DNA of 64,000 bases from positions 32,001 to 96,000 of the IMG/VR virus record IMGVR_UViG_2933348407_000001. One strand, written 5' to 3'. The notes under the pieces are model-generated. The model made no database searches and was not told the DNA's origin. It saw only the letters and a list, made by a program, of their open reading frames with translations. Each line of letters opens with the position of its first letter. Position 1 is the first letter of the stretch. The translations under genes and the position numbers were made by a program. Positions 54,771 to 63,649 of this stretch are shown piece after piece. Origin of the DNA: a virus. Taxonomy: Duplodnaviria; Caudoviricetes.

Positions 54771-57700
54771 ATGGTCAACTTCCTGGACGATCAGTCAGAC
54801 GCCAAGCGCTTCGCCGCGCTCCTGGCGGACTATGACCGTCGCCTCCGGGACCTCGAGCGCACCTCCAAGGCCGCGTACACCTCCATCGAGGGGGGCACCC
54901 TCGACATCTACACCGAGGACGGGCAACTCGCCGGATCGGTCGGGGTGCAGCCGGACGGCGGAATCGCGCTCGTCCCGGAGGTCACGGCCGCCACCCCGCC
55001 TCCCACGCCCGGCGCCCCGACCGTGACGTCGGCCCTGTCCGGCGTGGTGGTTGCCTGGGATGGCTGGTGGGACGACTCCAACGCTCCACCCACCGACTTC
55101 GCGGCCATGCAGGTCCACATTGGCGCGGCCGCCGACTTCACCCCGGACGTCACCACCCTCGCCGCGGCCATCACCGACGTCTCCGGCGGCAGCGTCACGA
55201 TCGCGCTGAACGACTACACCGAATGCTGGGTGCGGCTCCTCGCCCTCAGCACCGCCGGCCTCTTCAGCGCCCCGTCCGTGGCCGTTCAGGGCAAGGCACG
55301 ACAGGCCGTTGAGCAGGACCTCGTCGACGGCATGGTCACCGAGGTCAAGCTCGCCCAGAGCGCCGTCACCGCGGCGAAGATCGCACTCGGAGCTGTCGGG
55401 ACCACGGCGCTCGCCGACGGCGCGGTCCTCGAGGACAAGCTCGCCAAGGCCGCGGTGACCCTGGGGAAGATCGCCAACGGGGCCGTCACCATCAACGCCC
55501 TCGGCGGCGCGCTCTCCGACTCCGCGGCCCAGCGCTACGTCGACACGATGAACGACCCCGCGGCCTGGGCGGTCACGGAAAAGGGCACCGGTGCCACCTG
55601 GGAATTCCTCTCCGGCGTCACGGATGCCCCGACGAGCCAGCGGGTTGGCCAGGCCACCGGCTACAACCGCCTGCAGGGCAACACGACCATCCCGTACGAG
55701 CCGGGGGTGTTGTACCGGCTGAGTGCGCGGGTGCGGCTCAAAGCCGGGACCAGCGACACGTTCTATGTCGGTGTCGCTGGTATCGGCGCGGACGGGAAGA
55801 CGCTCGTTAACCGCAGCGGCACCGCGGGGAGCCCGAACTCGCACTACTACGTAGCTGCCTCCGGCCGGACCATCACGTCCGCTGACGAGTGGGTCACGGT
55901 CGTCGGGTTCGTCAAGGACAGGGCCGCGGCCGGGTCTGCCGGCCCGAACAACGACCCGCGGTCCCCGGGCGTGCTGCACAACGACGTCCGGTTCATCGCG
56001 CCGTACGTGTGGCTCAACTACACCGGCCTCGGCGGGACATCGACGAACGTCATGCAAGTCGACTGCGTGACGCTCGAGGCCCTCAAGACCGGCATCGTCG
56101 ACTCCGTCAACATCACGGCCGGAGCCGTGAACACCGCGGCGCTCGCCGCGGACGCCGTGACGGCGGGGAAGGTCGCCGCGGACGCCATCAGCGCGCGGGA
56201 GCTGCAGACGAACTCCGTCACGGCCGCGGAGCTGTCGGCCGGCTCAGTCACCGCGGCCGCCGTGGCGGCCGGGGCCATCACGACCGACAAGCTCACCGTC
56301 ACCGGCGGATCGAACATCCTGCCCGACCCCTCCTTCGAGGGCGCCGTCACCGCGGCGCTGATCCTCGGCCTCTCGTACGCCACGCAGGACAAGACCAAGG
56401 GCAACGGGTCGGCCGCCTCCCTGAAGATCGACAGTCGATCGGCGACCGCGGTCTATCGCGACGTGCCGTTGACCCTGATCCCCGCGTTGGCCGGTGACCA
56501 GTTCTATCTCGCAACCGACTACTTCCTGTCCGCGGACTGGGCGGGCTCCGCGGTCAACATCCACGCGCGGTGGGAAGACGCCGCGGGGACGGTCCTCGGG
56601 TACGGCGTCGTCGGGACCACCGGCACACCCACTCTCGGGGCGTGGACGAGGCTGTCCGCGACGGTCACAGCTCCGGCGGGGACGACCCGCGCGGCGATAC
56701 GCATACAGACCGCCCTGACGACCGCGGGGGATGCCTGGTTCGACAACGCGGCCCTACGCCCGATCGTCCCCGGCGTGCAGATCGCGGACGGTGCGATCAC
56801 CGCGCCGAAGATCCTGGCCGGGGCCGTCACGACCGACAAGCTCCTCGCCCTGGCCGTGACCGCCGAGAAGATCGCCTCACTCGCCATCACGACCGACAAG
56901 CTCAACGCCCTCTCGGTGACCGCGGACAAGCTCGCCGTGAACAGCGTGACGGCCACGAAGATTGCCGCCGGCGTCATCGACGCCACCCACGTCAAGGCCG
57001 GGTCCCTGACCGCCGACCGGCTGTCCCTCGGAACGGACGGCAACCTTATCGCCGACCCCTCGTTCGAGGGGGCCGTGTCCGCTCAGCGAGTCGCGGGGAG
57101 CACTGCCTGGTCCGTCGTCGCCGGCGGCAACGGCACAGCGCAGGCCCTTCGCGTGAACGCGGCATCGCCCCCGGACATGCCCCTGCTCGGGCCGGTTCCC
57201 GCGGTCCCGGGCCAGAAGATGTATCTCGCCATCGACTACTTCGCGTCCGCCGACTGGGTGGGCGACCGCATCAGCATCTACGCGGAGTGGCGCAACTCGG
57301 CAGGCACCCCGCTGGATGCTGCTGTCATCACCACCGGCACCGGACTGGCGACCCTGGGCGCCTGGACCCGAATCTCCGGGGTCTCTGCGGTCGCTGCACC
57401 TGCGGACACGACACAGGTAGTCGTACGCATCAAGTCCGTGTCCTCGACGGCGGGCAGCGTGCTGTGGGACAACGCCGACGCCAAGTTCGTGACCGCCTCC
57501 GGCTTCGCTGGGGCGCGGGCGGAGCTCTCTCCGCTGGGCCTTCAGTTGTACGACGAGGCGGGCGAGGAAGCCGTCGCGCTCCTGACCGGCCGCCCCAACT
57601 ACCTGACCCTCTCCGCTGACGGCGTGCCGGTCGCGACGATCGACCAGGAGGGCAAGGCCGGCTTTCAGAGCATGGCCATCGCCGACACCCTGACCATCGG

Positions 57701-58697
57701 CGGCGACGACATCACCACCATCCTCGACCAGCGGCCGCGCGGCATCATCGCGTACGGCGTGCCAGCAACAACCGTCACTTCGACCGGCACTGAGATCGGC
57801 TACTTCGAGCTACCCGCCACGATCGTGGCGGCCCGGATGTACCGCATCAAGTTCCACGCGACCGCGGACTTCGACAACGCCAACGACGGCGAGGCCCGCG
57901 TCTACCTGCGGGACGGTGGGGCGTCCACCCCCTCGATCACCTCGACGCTACGCCAGTCCTGCATCCTCACCCCGTCGCACACGGGCAACTACTGGACGGC
58001 CGAGCTGGAGTACATCGCGCCGGCAAGCGCGCTCGGGGCAGGCCTCCACCGGTTCCTGCTCAGCTTCAACAACAACGGCGGCACCACGGGCCAGACGATG
58101 GAACTGGGCCTGCCCACCACCGGCCGGAGCTGCTACTTCATCGTCGAGGACATCGGGCCGGAGATCCCGAAGACCGGCGGCTACAACACCGGCGGCGGCA
58201 CGGCCACCCCGCCCGTCGTCCAGTACACCAAGACATACAGCGCGACCTGGTCCGGCTCGTACGCCGCCCGCGGCTCGTACAACTCGTACTTCGGGAACTC
58301 CTGTTACCAGGGCTACTACAGCTCCACCAACGGCATGCAGGCCTCCCTGATCGGGTTCGCATCGTCCCTGGGCACCGACCTGTCCGGCGCGACGATCCAA
58401 AAGGCCGAGGTCTACCTGTATTTCGATCACTGGTACAACAACAGCGGCGGCAAAGCCGTGATCAAGGCACACGGATTCACATCCCGCCCGTCAACGTTCT
58501 CCTGCGACCCCGAGTCCAAAACGATCTCCTGGGCGAAGAACGAGGGCAAATGGGTCGACATCACGAGCGTCTTCGACTCCACCAAGTGGCGCGGCATTGC
58601 CCTGGACCCAAACACGTCGGGCCTGACCTACTACGGCCGCGCCCGGGGCTACGGCCAGACCAACCCGCCCAAACTCCGCGTCACCTACACGAAGTGA
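54771..58697 (+). CDS. tail fibre / host-specificity protein
   Basis: FN3-like N-terminal region, AVT..KI fibre repeats, two N.I.DPSFEG carbohydrate-binding-like modules, C-terminal PKLRVTY. Confidence 0.8.
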   Translation: MVNFLDDQSDAKRFAALLADYDRRLRDLERTSKAAYTSIEGGTLDIYTEDGQLAGSVGVQPDGGIALVPEVTAATPPPTPGAPTVTSALSGVVVAWDGWWDDSNAPPTDFAAMQVHIGAAADFTPDVTTLAAAITDVSGGSVTIALNDYTECWVRLLALSTAGLFSAPSVAVQGKARQAVEQDLVDGMVTEVKLAQSAVTAAKIALGAVGTTALADGAVLEDKLAKAAVTLGKIANGAVTINALGGALSDSAAQRYVDTMNDPAAWAVTEKGTGATWEFLSGVTDAPTSQRVGQATGYNRLQGNTTIPYEPGVLYRLSARVRLKAGTSDTFYVGVAGIGADGKTLVNRSGTAGSPNSHYYVAASGRTITSADEWVTVVGFVKDRAAAGSAGPNNDPRSPGVLHNDVRFIAPYVWLNYTGLGGTSTNVMQVDCVTLEALKTGIVDSVNITAGAVNTAALAADAVTAGKVAADAISARELQTNSVTAAELSAGSVTAAAVAAGAITTDKLTVTGGSNILPDPSFEGAVTAALILGLSYATQDKTKGNGSAASLKIDSRSATAVYRDVPLTLIPALAGDQFYLATDYFLSADWAGSAVNIHARWEDAAGTVLGYGVVGTTGTPTLGAWTRLSATVTAPAGTTRAAIRIQTALTTAGDAWFDNAALRPIVPGVQIADGAITAPKILAGAVTTDKLLALAVTAEKIASLAITTDKLNALSVTADKLAVNSVTATKIAAGVIDATHVKAGSLTADRLSLGTDGNLIADPSFEGAVSAQRVAGSTAWSVVAGGNGTAQALRVNAASPPDMPLLGPVPAVPGQKMYLAIDYFASADWVGDRISIYAEWRNSAGTPLDAAVITTGTGLATLGAWTRISGVSAVAAPADTTQVVVRIKSVSSTAGSVLWDNADAKFVTASGFAGARAELSPLGLQLYDEAGEEAVALLTGRPNYLTLSADGVPVATIDQEGKAGFQSMAIADTLTIGGDDITTILDQRPRGIIAYGVPATTVTSTGTEIGYFELPATIVAARMYRIKFHATADFDNANDGEARVYLRDGGASTPSITSTLRQSCILTPSHTGNYWTAELEYIAPASALGAGLHRFLLSFNNNGGTTGQTMELGLPTTGRSCYFIVEDIGPEIPKTGGYNTGGGTATPPVVQYTKTYSATWSGSYAARGSYNSYFGNSCYQGYYSSTNGMQASLIGFASSLGTDLSGATIQKAEVYLYFDHWYNNSGGKAVIKAHGFTSRPSTFSCDPESKTISWAKNEGKWVDITSVFDSTKWRGIALDPNTSGLTYYGRARGYGQTNPPKLRVTYTK

Positions 58698-58709
58698 GGA
58701 GGGCTCACC

Positions 58710-59102
58710 GTGCCCGCGTTGCCGCTGTCCCTGAACACCATCTGTGGCCTGGCCTGCGAGCCGTCTTTACTCCCGCGCGTCCGAATGGCCATCGCCATGA
58801 TCGCTCAGGAGGTGTTCGCTGAGTCAGTGGATACCCCGGGGTATCCGGCGCGCTGGAACTTGGCGAAGACGGTTCTCAGCCCGTCGGAGGCGCAGGCCGC
58901 CCAGATGATGGTCGGCATCGTCGCCTCACCTCCCATGCTCGCCGCGGCCGTCACCGCTGCCGCCGGCGGGGCCACAGACTCCGTCGGCATGGCCGCGGCG
59001 ATCACAGACGACGAGATCCTCGCCGCGATCCGCTTGGGCTGGAACGCCGTTGCCGGCGTCAGACCCACCGCGCCCGATGAGTCAGCGAGGGCAGAGACGT
59101 AA
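58710..59102 (+). CDS. hypothetical phage protein
   Basis: GAGGAGG RBS; ITDDEILAAI...WN..AG. Confidence 0.65.
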   Translation: MPALPLSLNTICGLACEPSLLPRVRMAIAMIAQEVFAESVDTPGYPARWNLAKTVLSPSEAQAAQMMVGIVASPPMLAAAVTAAAGGATDSVGMAAAITDDEILAAIRLGWNAVAGVRPTAPDESARAET

Positions 59103-59199
59103 GCCCTCACGGTGGTGCAGCGTCCGGGCTGCGGGGAGCCGCGGGCCTTCGGGCCCCGGCTCCCGCGCACCCCATCCGACTGACGATCTAGGAGGCGCC

Positions 59200-59631
59200 A
59201 TGGAATGGCTCATCTCCCTGGCGCCTGTCCTCGGCCCCCTCTTCGGTATGACGGGCGTGCTGGGCGGGGCCTGGATGGTTCACCGCCGGGAGAACCGCAA
59301 GAACAAGAAGGACGCCCAGACTGCAGAGGCGAACACCTACGTTGCTTCCGTCCAGACGGTCACGGACGGCTTTACGCAACTCCTCGAACAGCAGCGGGCG
59401 ACGAACGCCCAGACCCTCGAGCGGGTCGCCACTCTGGAGACCAAGCAGACCGCGCTTGAGCGGAAGGTCGAGGTCCTGGAGGAGGAGCAGCGACAGTGGC
59501 GGCGCTGGAAGGCGGCCGCGGTCGAGTACATCCACCAGCTTCGCGACCTGGTCGCCAAGCTCTACGACCGGCCCGTCCCGGCCCCACCCAGAGAGATCGC
59601 GGAAGACCTCGGCGACGGCCCCACCTCCTGA
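59200..59631 (+). CDS. membrane-anchored coiled-coil protein (lysis-module associated)
   Basis: N-terminal transmembrane segment, coiled coil and P.PP C-terminus; GGAGG RBS. Confidence 0.7.
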   Translation: MEWLISLAPVLGPLFGMTGVLGGAWMVHRRENRKNKKDAQTAEANTYVASVQTVTDGFTQLLEQQRATNAQTLERVATLETKQTALERKVEVLEEEQRQWRRWKAAAVEYIHQLRDLVAKLYDRPVPAPPREIAEDLGDGPTS

Positions 59632-59634
59632 GCC

Positions 59635-59665
59635 CGCGACACAAAGCCGAGGCACCCCCCAGAGT
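59635..59665 (+). promoter_or_regulatory. putative late-promoter motif
   Basis: CGCGACACAAAG-N13-CAGAGT. Confidence 0.55.
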
Positions 59666-59701
59666 CCGCCCGTCACACAACCTCGTGAAGGGCAGGACCT
59701 C

Positions 59702-60025
59702 ATGTCGCAGACACTCGAATCCCTCTCCAACGGCGCCCAGGTGGGCGCCGTGCTGCCGCTCCTCACCGCGGTGGTGCAGAAGCCCGCCTGGTCGGCGAAG
59801 TACAAGAAGGTCGTGGCGGTCGTGGCCGCGCTCGTCGCCGGCGTCTTCGCCGTGGCAGCAGACGGTGGATGGGACCATTTCGAGCACGGACAGCTCACGG
59901 CCGCGACCCTCCTCGGTGTCCTGGCGGCCTCGCAGACGAGCTACGACCTCGTCTGGAAGCCGAGCAAGCTCGCCCCCATGATTGAGGCCCTGACCACCAG
60001 GAAGACGGCTCAGCAGGCCGAATAG
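59702..60025 (+). CDS. holin
   Basis: ~107 aa, 2-3 transmembrane segments, PLLTAVVQ.P.W...K and SY..VWKP..A..IE pattern. Confidence 0.7.
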   Translation: MSQTLESLSNGAQVGAVLPLLTAVVQKPAWSAKYKKVVAVVAALVAGVFAVAADGGWDHFEHGQLTAATLLGVLAASQTSYDLVWKPSKLAPMIEALTTRKTAQQAE

Positions 60026-60072
60026 CGCCCAGGGCACCTGCCCGGCCCTTCGCCGGCGGGTACCATCAACTC

Positions 60073-60282
60073 TCGAGGTGGCCGTACCGCTGCCGCGACA
60101 ACAGCGTTGAGATAGCCGTCAGGCGTCATTGGATTCTCGGACACCGCGGTGACCCTTCTCCAGGGACGCGCCTGACACCAGGCATCGAGACCACCGGGTG
60201 CGTGCAGAGCACTCGGGGCCGGGGAGCACTGCTCAGCGATGAGCCGGCACACGCTGTCGCAAAGCTCGGTACGGCCACCTCT
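60073..60282 (+). ncRNA. predicted structured RNA (~210 nt), family unknown
   Basis: Perfect 15-bp closing stem 60075-60089/60267-60281, nested stems, TACCAT -10-like hexamer at 60061. Confidence 0.55.
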
Positions 60283-60337
60283 TGCTGCCCCGGCAGCGCC
60301 GAGAGCAGCGGGCCCAACCCGAGGAGGAACAGACCGC

Positions 60338-61159
60338 ATGGCCGAAGCACAGGAGATCGAGGCGGAGATCAAACGCCTGTCAGGCATGTCTCCCGATGGC
60401 CTGATGAACGCGGTCGTCCAGTACGTCACCGGCGGGTCCAAGACCGGCGCCCCACGCGACGTCCAAGGCGCGGCACTGCTCTCCCCTCAGATGGCTCCGC
60501 GGACCCTCGATGCGCTGGAGCTGGCCCTCAAGCGGGTGCGCAGCTTCATGCCCCGCCAGGAGGGCGAGAGCAAGAACCAGCAGGCTGCCCGCATCGCTCC
60601 GTTCCGGGCAGCTCTCCAGGCGGCCACGCGTCCGTACGAGGACGTCGTCGACGACCTCGCACACGAGGAGGCCAAGCAGCTCGCCGCGCTCGACGACAAG
60701 ACGTTCGCCCGTCGGTGGACAGCGTTCGTCCGCGACGAGCCGGTCACAGGACCGGTGCCGCGGCGGGTGCAGGCTCTCGCCTTCCGCTCACCGAGAGTAG
60801 CGAGCAGGGCTGAGGCGATCTGCCGTCTGATGATGGAGGAACCGGCCCGGTTCCTGCCGCCGGCCGCGGCTGGCGAAAGCCGCAAGGCGCGCGATGCCCG
60901 GGTCAAGGAGTTCCGCGACCGGGTCCTGGCGGAAGCGCGCTTCCTGCGGTACGGCATCCAGCACGCCGAGGCGCGCCACGGCCGGATGCCGAGCGAGCCG
61001 AACGTCCGACTGCGCGCGCTCCGTCTCCTCGGCCAGCGGCACCCCGAGGAGCTGTCGAGTCTCCTGCGCCAGGTCCGCGAGGAGCTGATGGCAGGGAAGA
61101 AGCAGGCGCGCAGAGACGCACGAGCGGTGCGCCGCGCCGCCGGGCAGAGCGCGCCGTAA
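60338..61159 (+). CDS. Arg-rich helical hypothetical protein with an internal tandem duplication
   Basis: GAGGAGG RBS; two ~100-aa repeats (PRDVQGAALLSP / PRRVQALAFRSP). Confidence 0.75.
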   Translation: MAEAQEIEAEIKRLSGMSPDGLMNAVVQYVTGGSKTGAPRDVQGAALLSPQMAPRTLDALELALKRVRSFMPRQEGESKNQQAARIAPFRAALQAATRPYEDVVDDLAHEEAKQLAALDDKTFARRWTAFVRDEPVTGPVPRRVQALAFRSPRVASRAEAICRLMMEEPARFLPPAAAGESRKARDARVKEFRDRVLAEARFLRYGIQHAEARHGRMPSEPNVRLRALRLLGQRHPEELSSLLRQVREELMAGKKQARRDARAVRRAAGQSAP

Positions 61160-61907
61160 GGGCGCGCGGCACCGGCCGGATCGTGGAGAGAGGGCGCGCC
61201 TGGGGCGCGCCCTTCGTTGTCTCCGGGCGCGCGCGATCGGCCCGGCCAGGCGCGCCACTGGCGGGCGCTCGAGGGGAACCGGCGCGCGCTCGATCAGTAC
61301 CCGCGCCGCGCGGCGCGGGTAGACCGCGCGGTCGACGGCGCGCTCGAGGACCCGCGCCGTGCTCGCCGCGCGCCTCCTGCGCTGGCCCGTTCACCCCGCG
61401 CCAGGCAGACGCGCGCCACGCAGCCCACGGGGCGCGCCTCGATGAATTCGCAGGTCACAGTGCGCGCGCCATCGACTCCGAGGGGCGCGCCGTCCTGAGC
61501 GCGCCATACCGCGCGGCTACGCAGGCGTGGGCGCGCCGGTCGAGATCAAGCGCGTCGCGCCGCGCGCCTCCGTGGGGCGCGCTGCGCGCCGATCGGGGGC
61601 GCGCCCTGCCCCGGCGCGCGCCATCGCGCGGGTTCGCAGGCGCGCCAAGATCAGCGCGCGGCGCGCCCCACGGAGGCGCGCCAGGGTCCCGGATGCGCGC
61701 CTCGGATTGGGCGGGCGCCTGGCGCGGGCGCGCCCCGGGAGGCGATCATGGGCGCGCCTGCCACCTTTCGGAGGCGCGCCTGCAGGCGGGGGCGGGGCGC
61801 GCCGCGCGCCCCGTGAGGTGAGGTGAGGTGACGCAGGGAGGGAGGCGCGCGAGAGCGGTGGGCGCGCCCCAGAGGCCCCGGGCGGGCGTCACCTCACGTC
61901 ACCTCAC
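61160..61907. repeat. non-coding array of GGCGCGCC/GCGCGC palindromes with terminal GTGAGGTGAC inverted repeats
   Basis: About 15 exact GGCGCGCC by manual count plus many variants; (GTGAG)n at 61813-61832 against GTCACCTCAC x2 at 61888-61907. Confidence 0.75.
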
Positions 61908-63604
61908 TGCCCTGCGGGCGCGCTGTCGAAGTAGGGGGCGAACTTCTTCGCGAGACCAAGATCCGGCATCGGCGCGCGCCGGTAGACGTCGGCGAGGACG
62001 GCCTGGTCGTTCTCCTCCAGGAGCGCGATCACCTCGGCTCGCTGCCCCTGCACGAAGTCCCGAAGCTGAGCCAAACCCGGCTCTCCGTTCGCGTAGATCG
62101 GCTGGAGGAGGTCACGCCGAGTAGTGAACTTCAAGCGGGCCTGTACCTCGGCTTCGTCGAGCAGAGCCTGGCGCGCGATCTCCGTCGGGTCGTTTGGCTT
62201 CTTCTTCGGGGCGCGTCTGGCCGCGGGCCGGGCCGGGATGTCCTGCGGCTCCTCGGCCGCGCTGGTGTCCTCGGGGGTCTCAGCGGGCGGCGGCTCGTCG
62301 GCTTGCGGGTCCGGCGGCGGAGGGGTGGCGCCTTCGGCCGGAGGCTCCTGCTCGGGCGTGGGCGGGACCGGCGCCGATGACTCCGGCGGCGTCTCGCGGT
62401 GCTCGCGCGCCTGGTCCTGCTCGACCGCGGCCGACGGAGTGCTGGCCGTCTCTCCCTGCCCGGCGTCGGTGCCGGTCGTCTCTCCCTGCTGCTGGTCCCC
62501 CGCGCCCTGCTGGCGCTTCTCGGCCTGTGCCTTGATGTACGCGAGGGAGCGGGTGATCAGGGCGTCCGCGCTCATCTTCCCGAGCCGGGACTCGGTGGGG
62601 ATCTGCTGGAGGGTGCGGATGCCCCACTCCTCGCGGATGCCCTGCAGGGCCATCTCGGGGTTGGTCGGGTCTTCCAGCGCCTTCTTGATGAGCGCGGCAG
62701 CCTTCGGGCCGGTCAGCTCGTTGTCCGCGGGGCGCTGCTGTTGAGCACGCTGGGGCTGGGTGGGCTGTTGCTCGTCGAGGTAGGCCTCCGGGCGCGACTC
62801 GGTGACCTGACGGTGTGTGGCCGCTTCCTCGAACCCCATACGGCGCAGAAGGGCGTCGATGCTGAAGTCCTCGAACCGGACGGTATCGCCGGGCTTCACG
62901 TCCCAGTGCAAGGTGCGCACTCCCGTCAGGTACGCATCACCGATGCCGCGCATCTCCACGATCGCGTCGACGGCGGCCGGGAGATTCTTCTCCGCCTTGA
63001 TCTTCCGGGTCGTGTTGCGGGTGGGCTTGTCGTTCTCGAAGGCCGTGACGATCTCCTGGCGGGCGATCATCACGACGGGCCCGGCGTGGCGGCGGAGCAT
63101 CCAAAGGATCTCGCCCCACCTGTCCTTGGCTCGGTTCCACAAGTCAGGGTCGACGACGACCGGATCGTCCAGGCTGGGCGCACGGCGACGGTTCTCCTGT
63201 GCCTTGTTCATGGCTCGTCGCCGGGCGAACAGGGCCTGCTCGTCGCTGATCATGTCCCACAGGTTGGAGCCGTTGTCGATGACGATCATGTTCGGCTTGC
63301 CCGCGACGCGTTGCGGCTGGTGCACGGCCCATCGGATGGCGTCGAGGATGTCCTGGTAACTGCCGTCATGCGGAACGATCTCGTAGTTGGCGCCAGGGAC
63401 TCGACCGTAGTAGTCGGCTGTTCCCTCAGACCCGCCGATCTCGATCCAGAACGCGATGCCGATCAGGTCGGAGCCGGTACCACGGGCGGCCTCGTGGCTC
63501 TTGCCGCATTTCTCCGGACCGCACAGCACGATCATGGGCGGGTTGGGGAGACCGGTCGGTCGGCGGGACTTGCGTTCACGCAGGGGCGTGGTGATACCAG
63601 GCAT
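61904..63604 (-). CDS. AAA_24/Sak4-like ATPase with a long acidic Pro-rich C-terminal extension
   Basis: Walker A GPEKCGKS, Walker B-like MIVID, VVMIAR.E and K.EKNL...VD. Confidence 0.7.
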   Translation of the reverse strand: MPGITTPLRERKSRRPTGLPNPPMIVLCGPEKCGKSHEAARGTGSDLIGIAFWIEIGGSEGTADYYGRVPGANYEIVPHDGSYQDILDAIRWAVHQPQRVAGKPNMIVIDNGSNLWDMISDEQALFARRRAMNKAQENRRRAPSLDDPVVVDPDLWNRAKDRWGEILWMLRRHAGPVVMIARQEIVTAFENDKPTRNTTRKIKAEKNLPAAVDAIVEMRGIGDAYLTGVRTLHWDVKPGDTVRFEDFSIDALLRRMGFEEAATHRQVTESRPEAYLDEQQPTQPQRAQQQRPADNELTGPKAAALIKKALEDPTNPEMALQGIREEWGIRTLQQIPTESRLGKMSADALITRSLAYIKAQAEKRQQGAGDQQQGETTGTDAGQGETASTPSAAVEQDQAREHRETPPESSAPVPPTPEQEPPAEGATPPPPDPQADEPPPAETPEDTSAAEEPQDIPARPAARRAPKKKPNDPTEIARQALLDEAEVQARLKFTTRRDLLQPIYANGEPGLAQLRDFVQGQRAEVIALLEENDQAVLADVYRRAPMPDLGLAKKFAPYFDSAPAGQ

Positions 63605-63649
63605 CGGTGATCCTTCGTTCGGGACGCGCGGGTTGCTCTGCCCGCGCAG

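Noticed and set aside
55340-57030. AVTA.KI repeats in the tail fibre as a novel repeat
   Set aside because: Common trimeric fibre repeats in actinophage tail proteins
60073-60282. tRNA, tmRNA or known riboswitch
   Set aside because: No cloverleaf, T-loop/CCA end or recognisable aptamer consensus by eye
13783-61460. Scattered CGCAGGTCA motifs (13784, 39073, 61449)
   Set aside because: Too few and too short to separate from chance without a genome-wide count
61183-61826. Arg/Ala-rich ORFs across the GGCGCGCC array
   Set aside because: Low-complexity translation of repeats in several frames, with no RBS or codon bias
61160-61907. CRISPR array
   Set aside because: Repeat unit is only 6-8 bp with irregular spacing, and there are no cas genes
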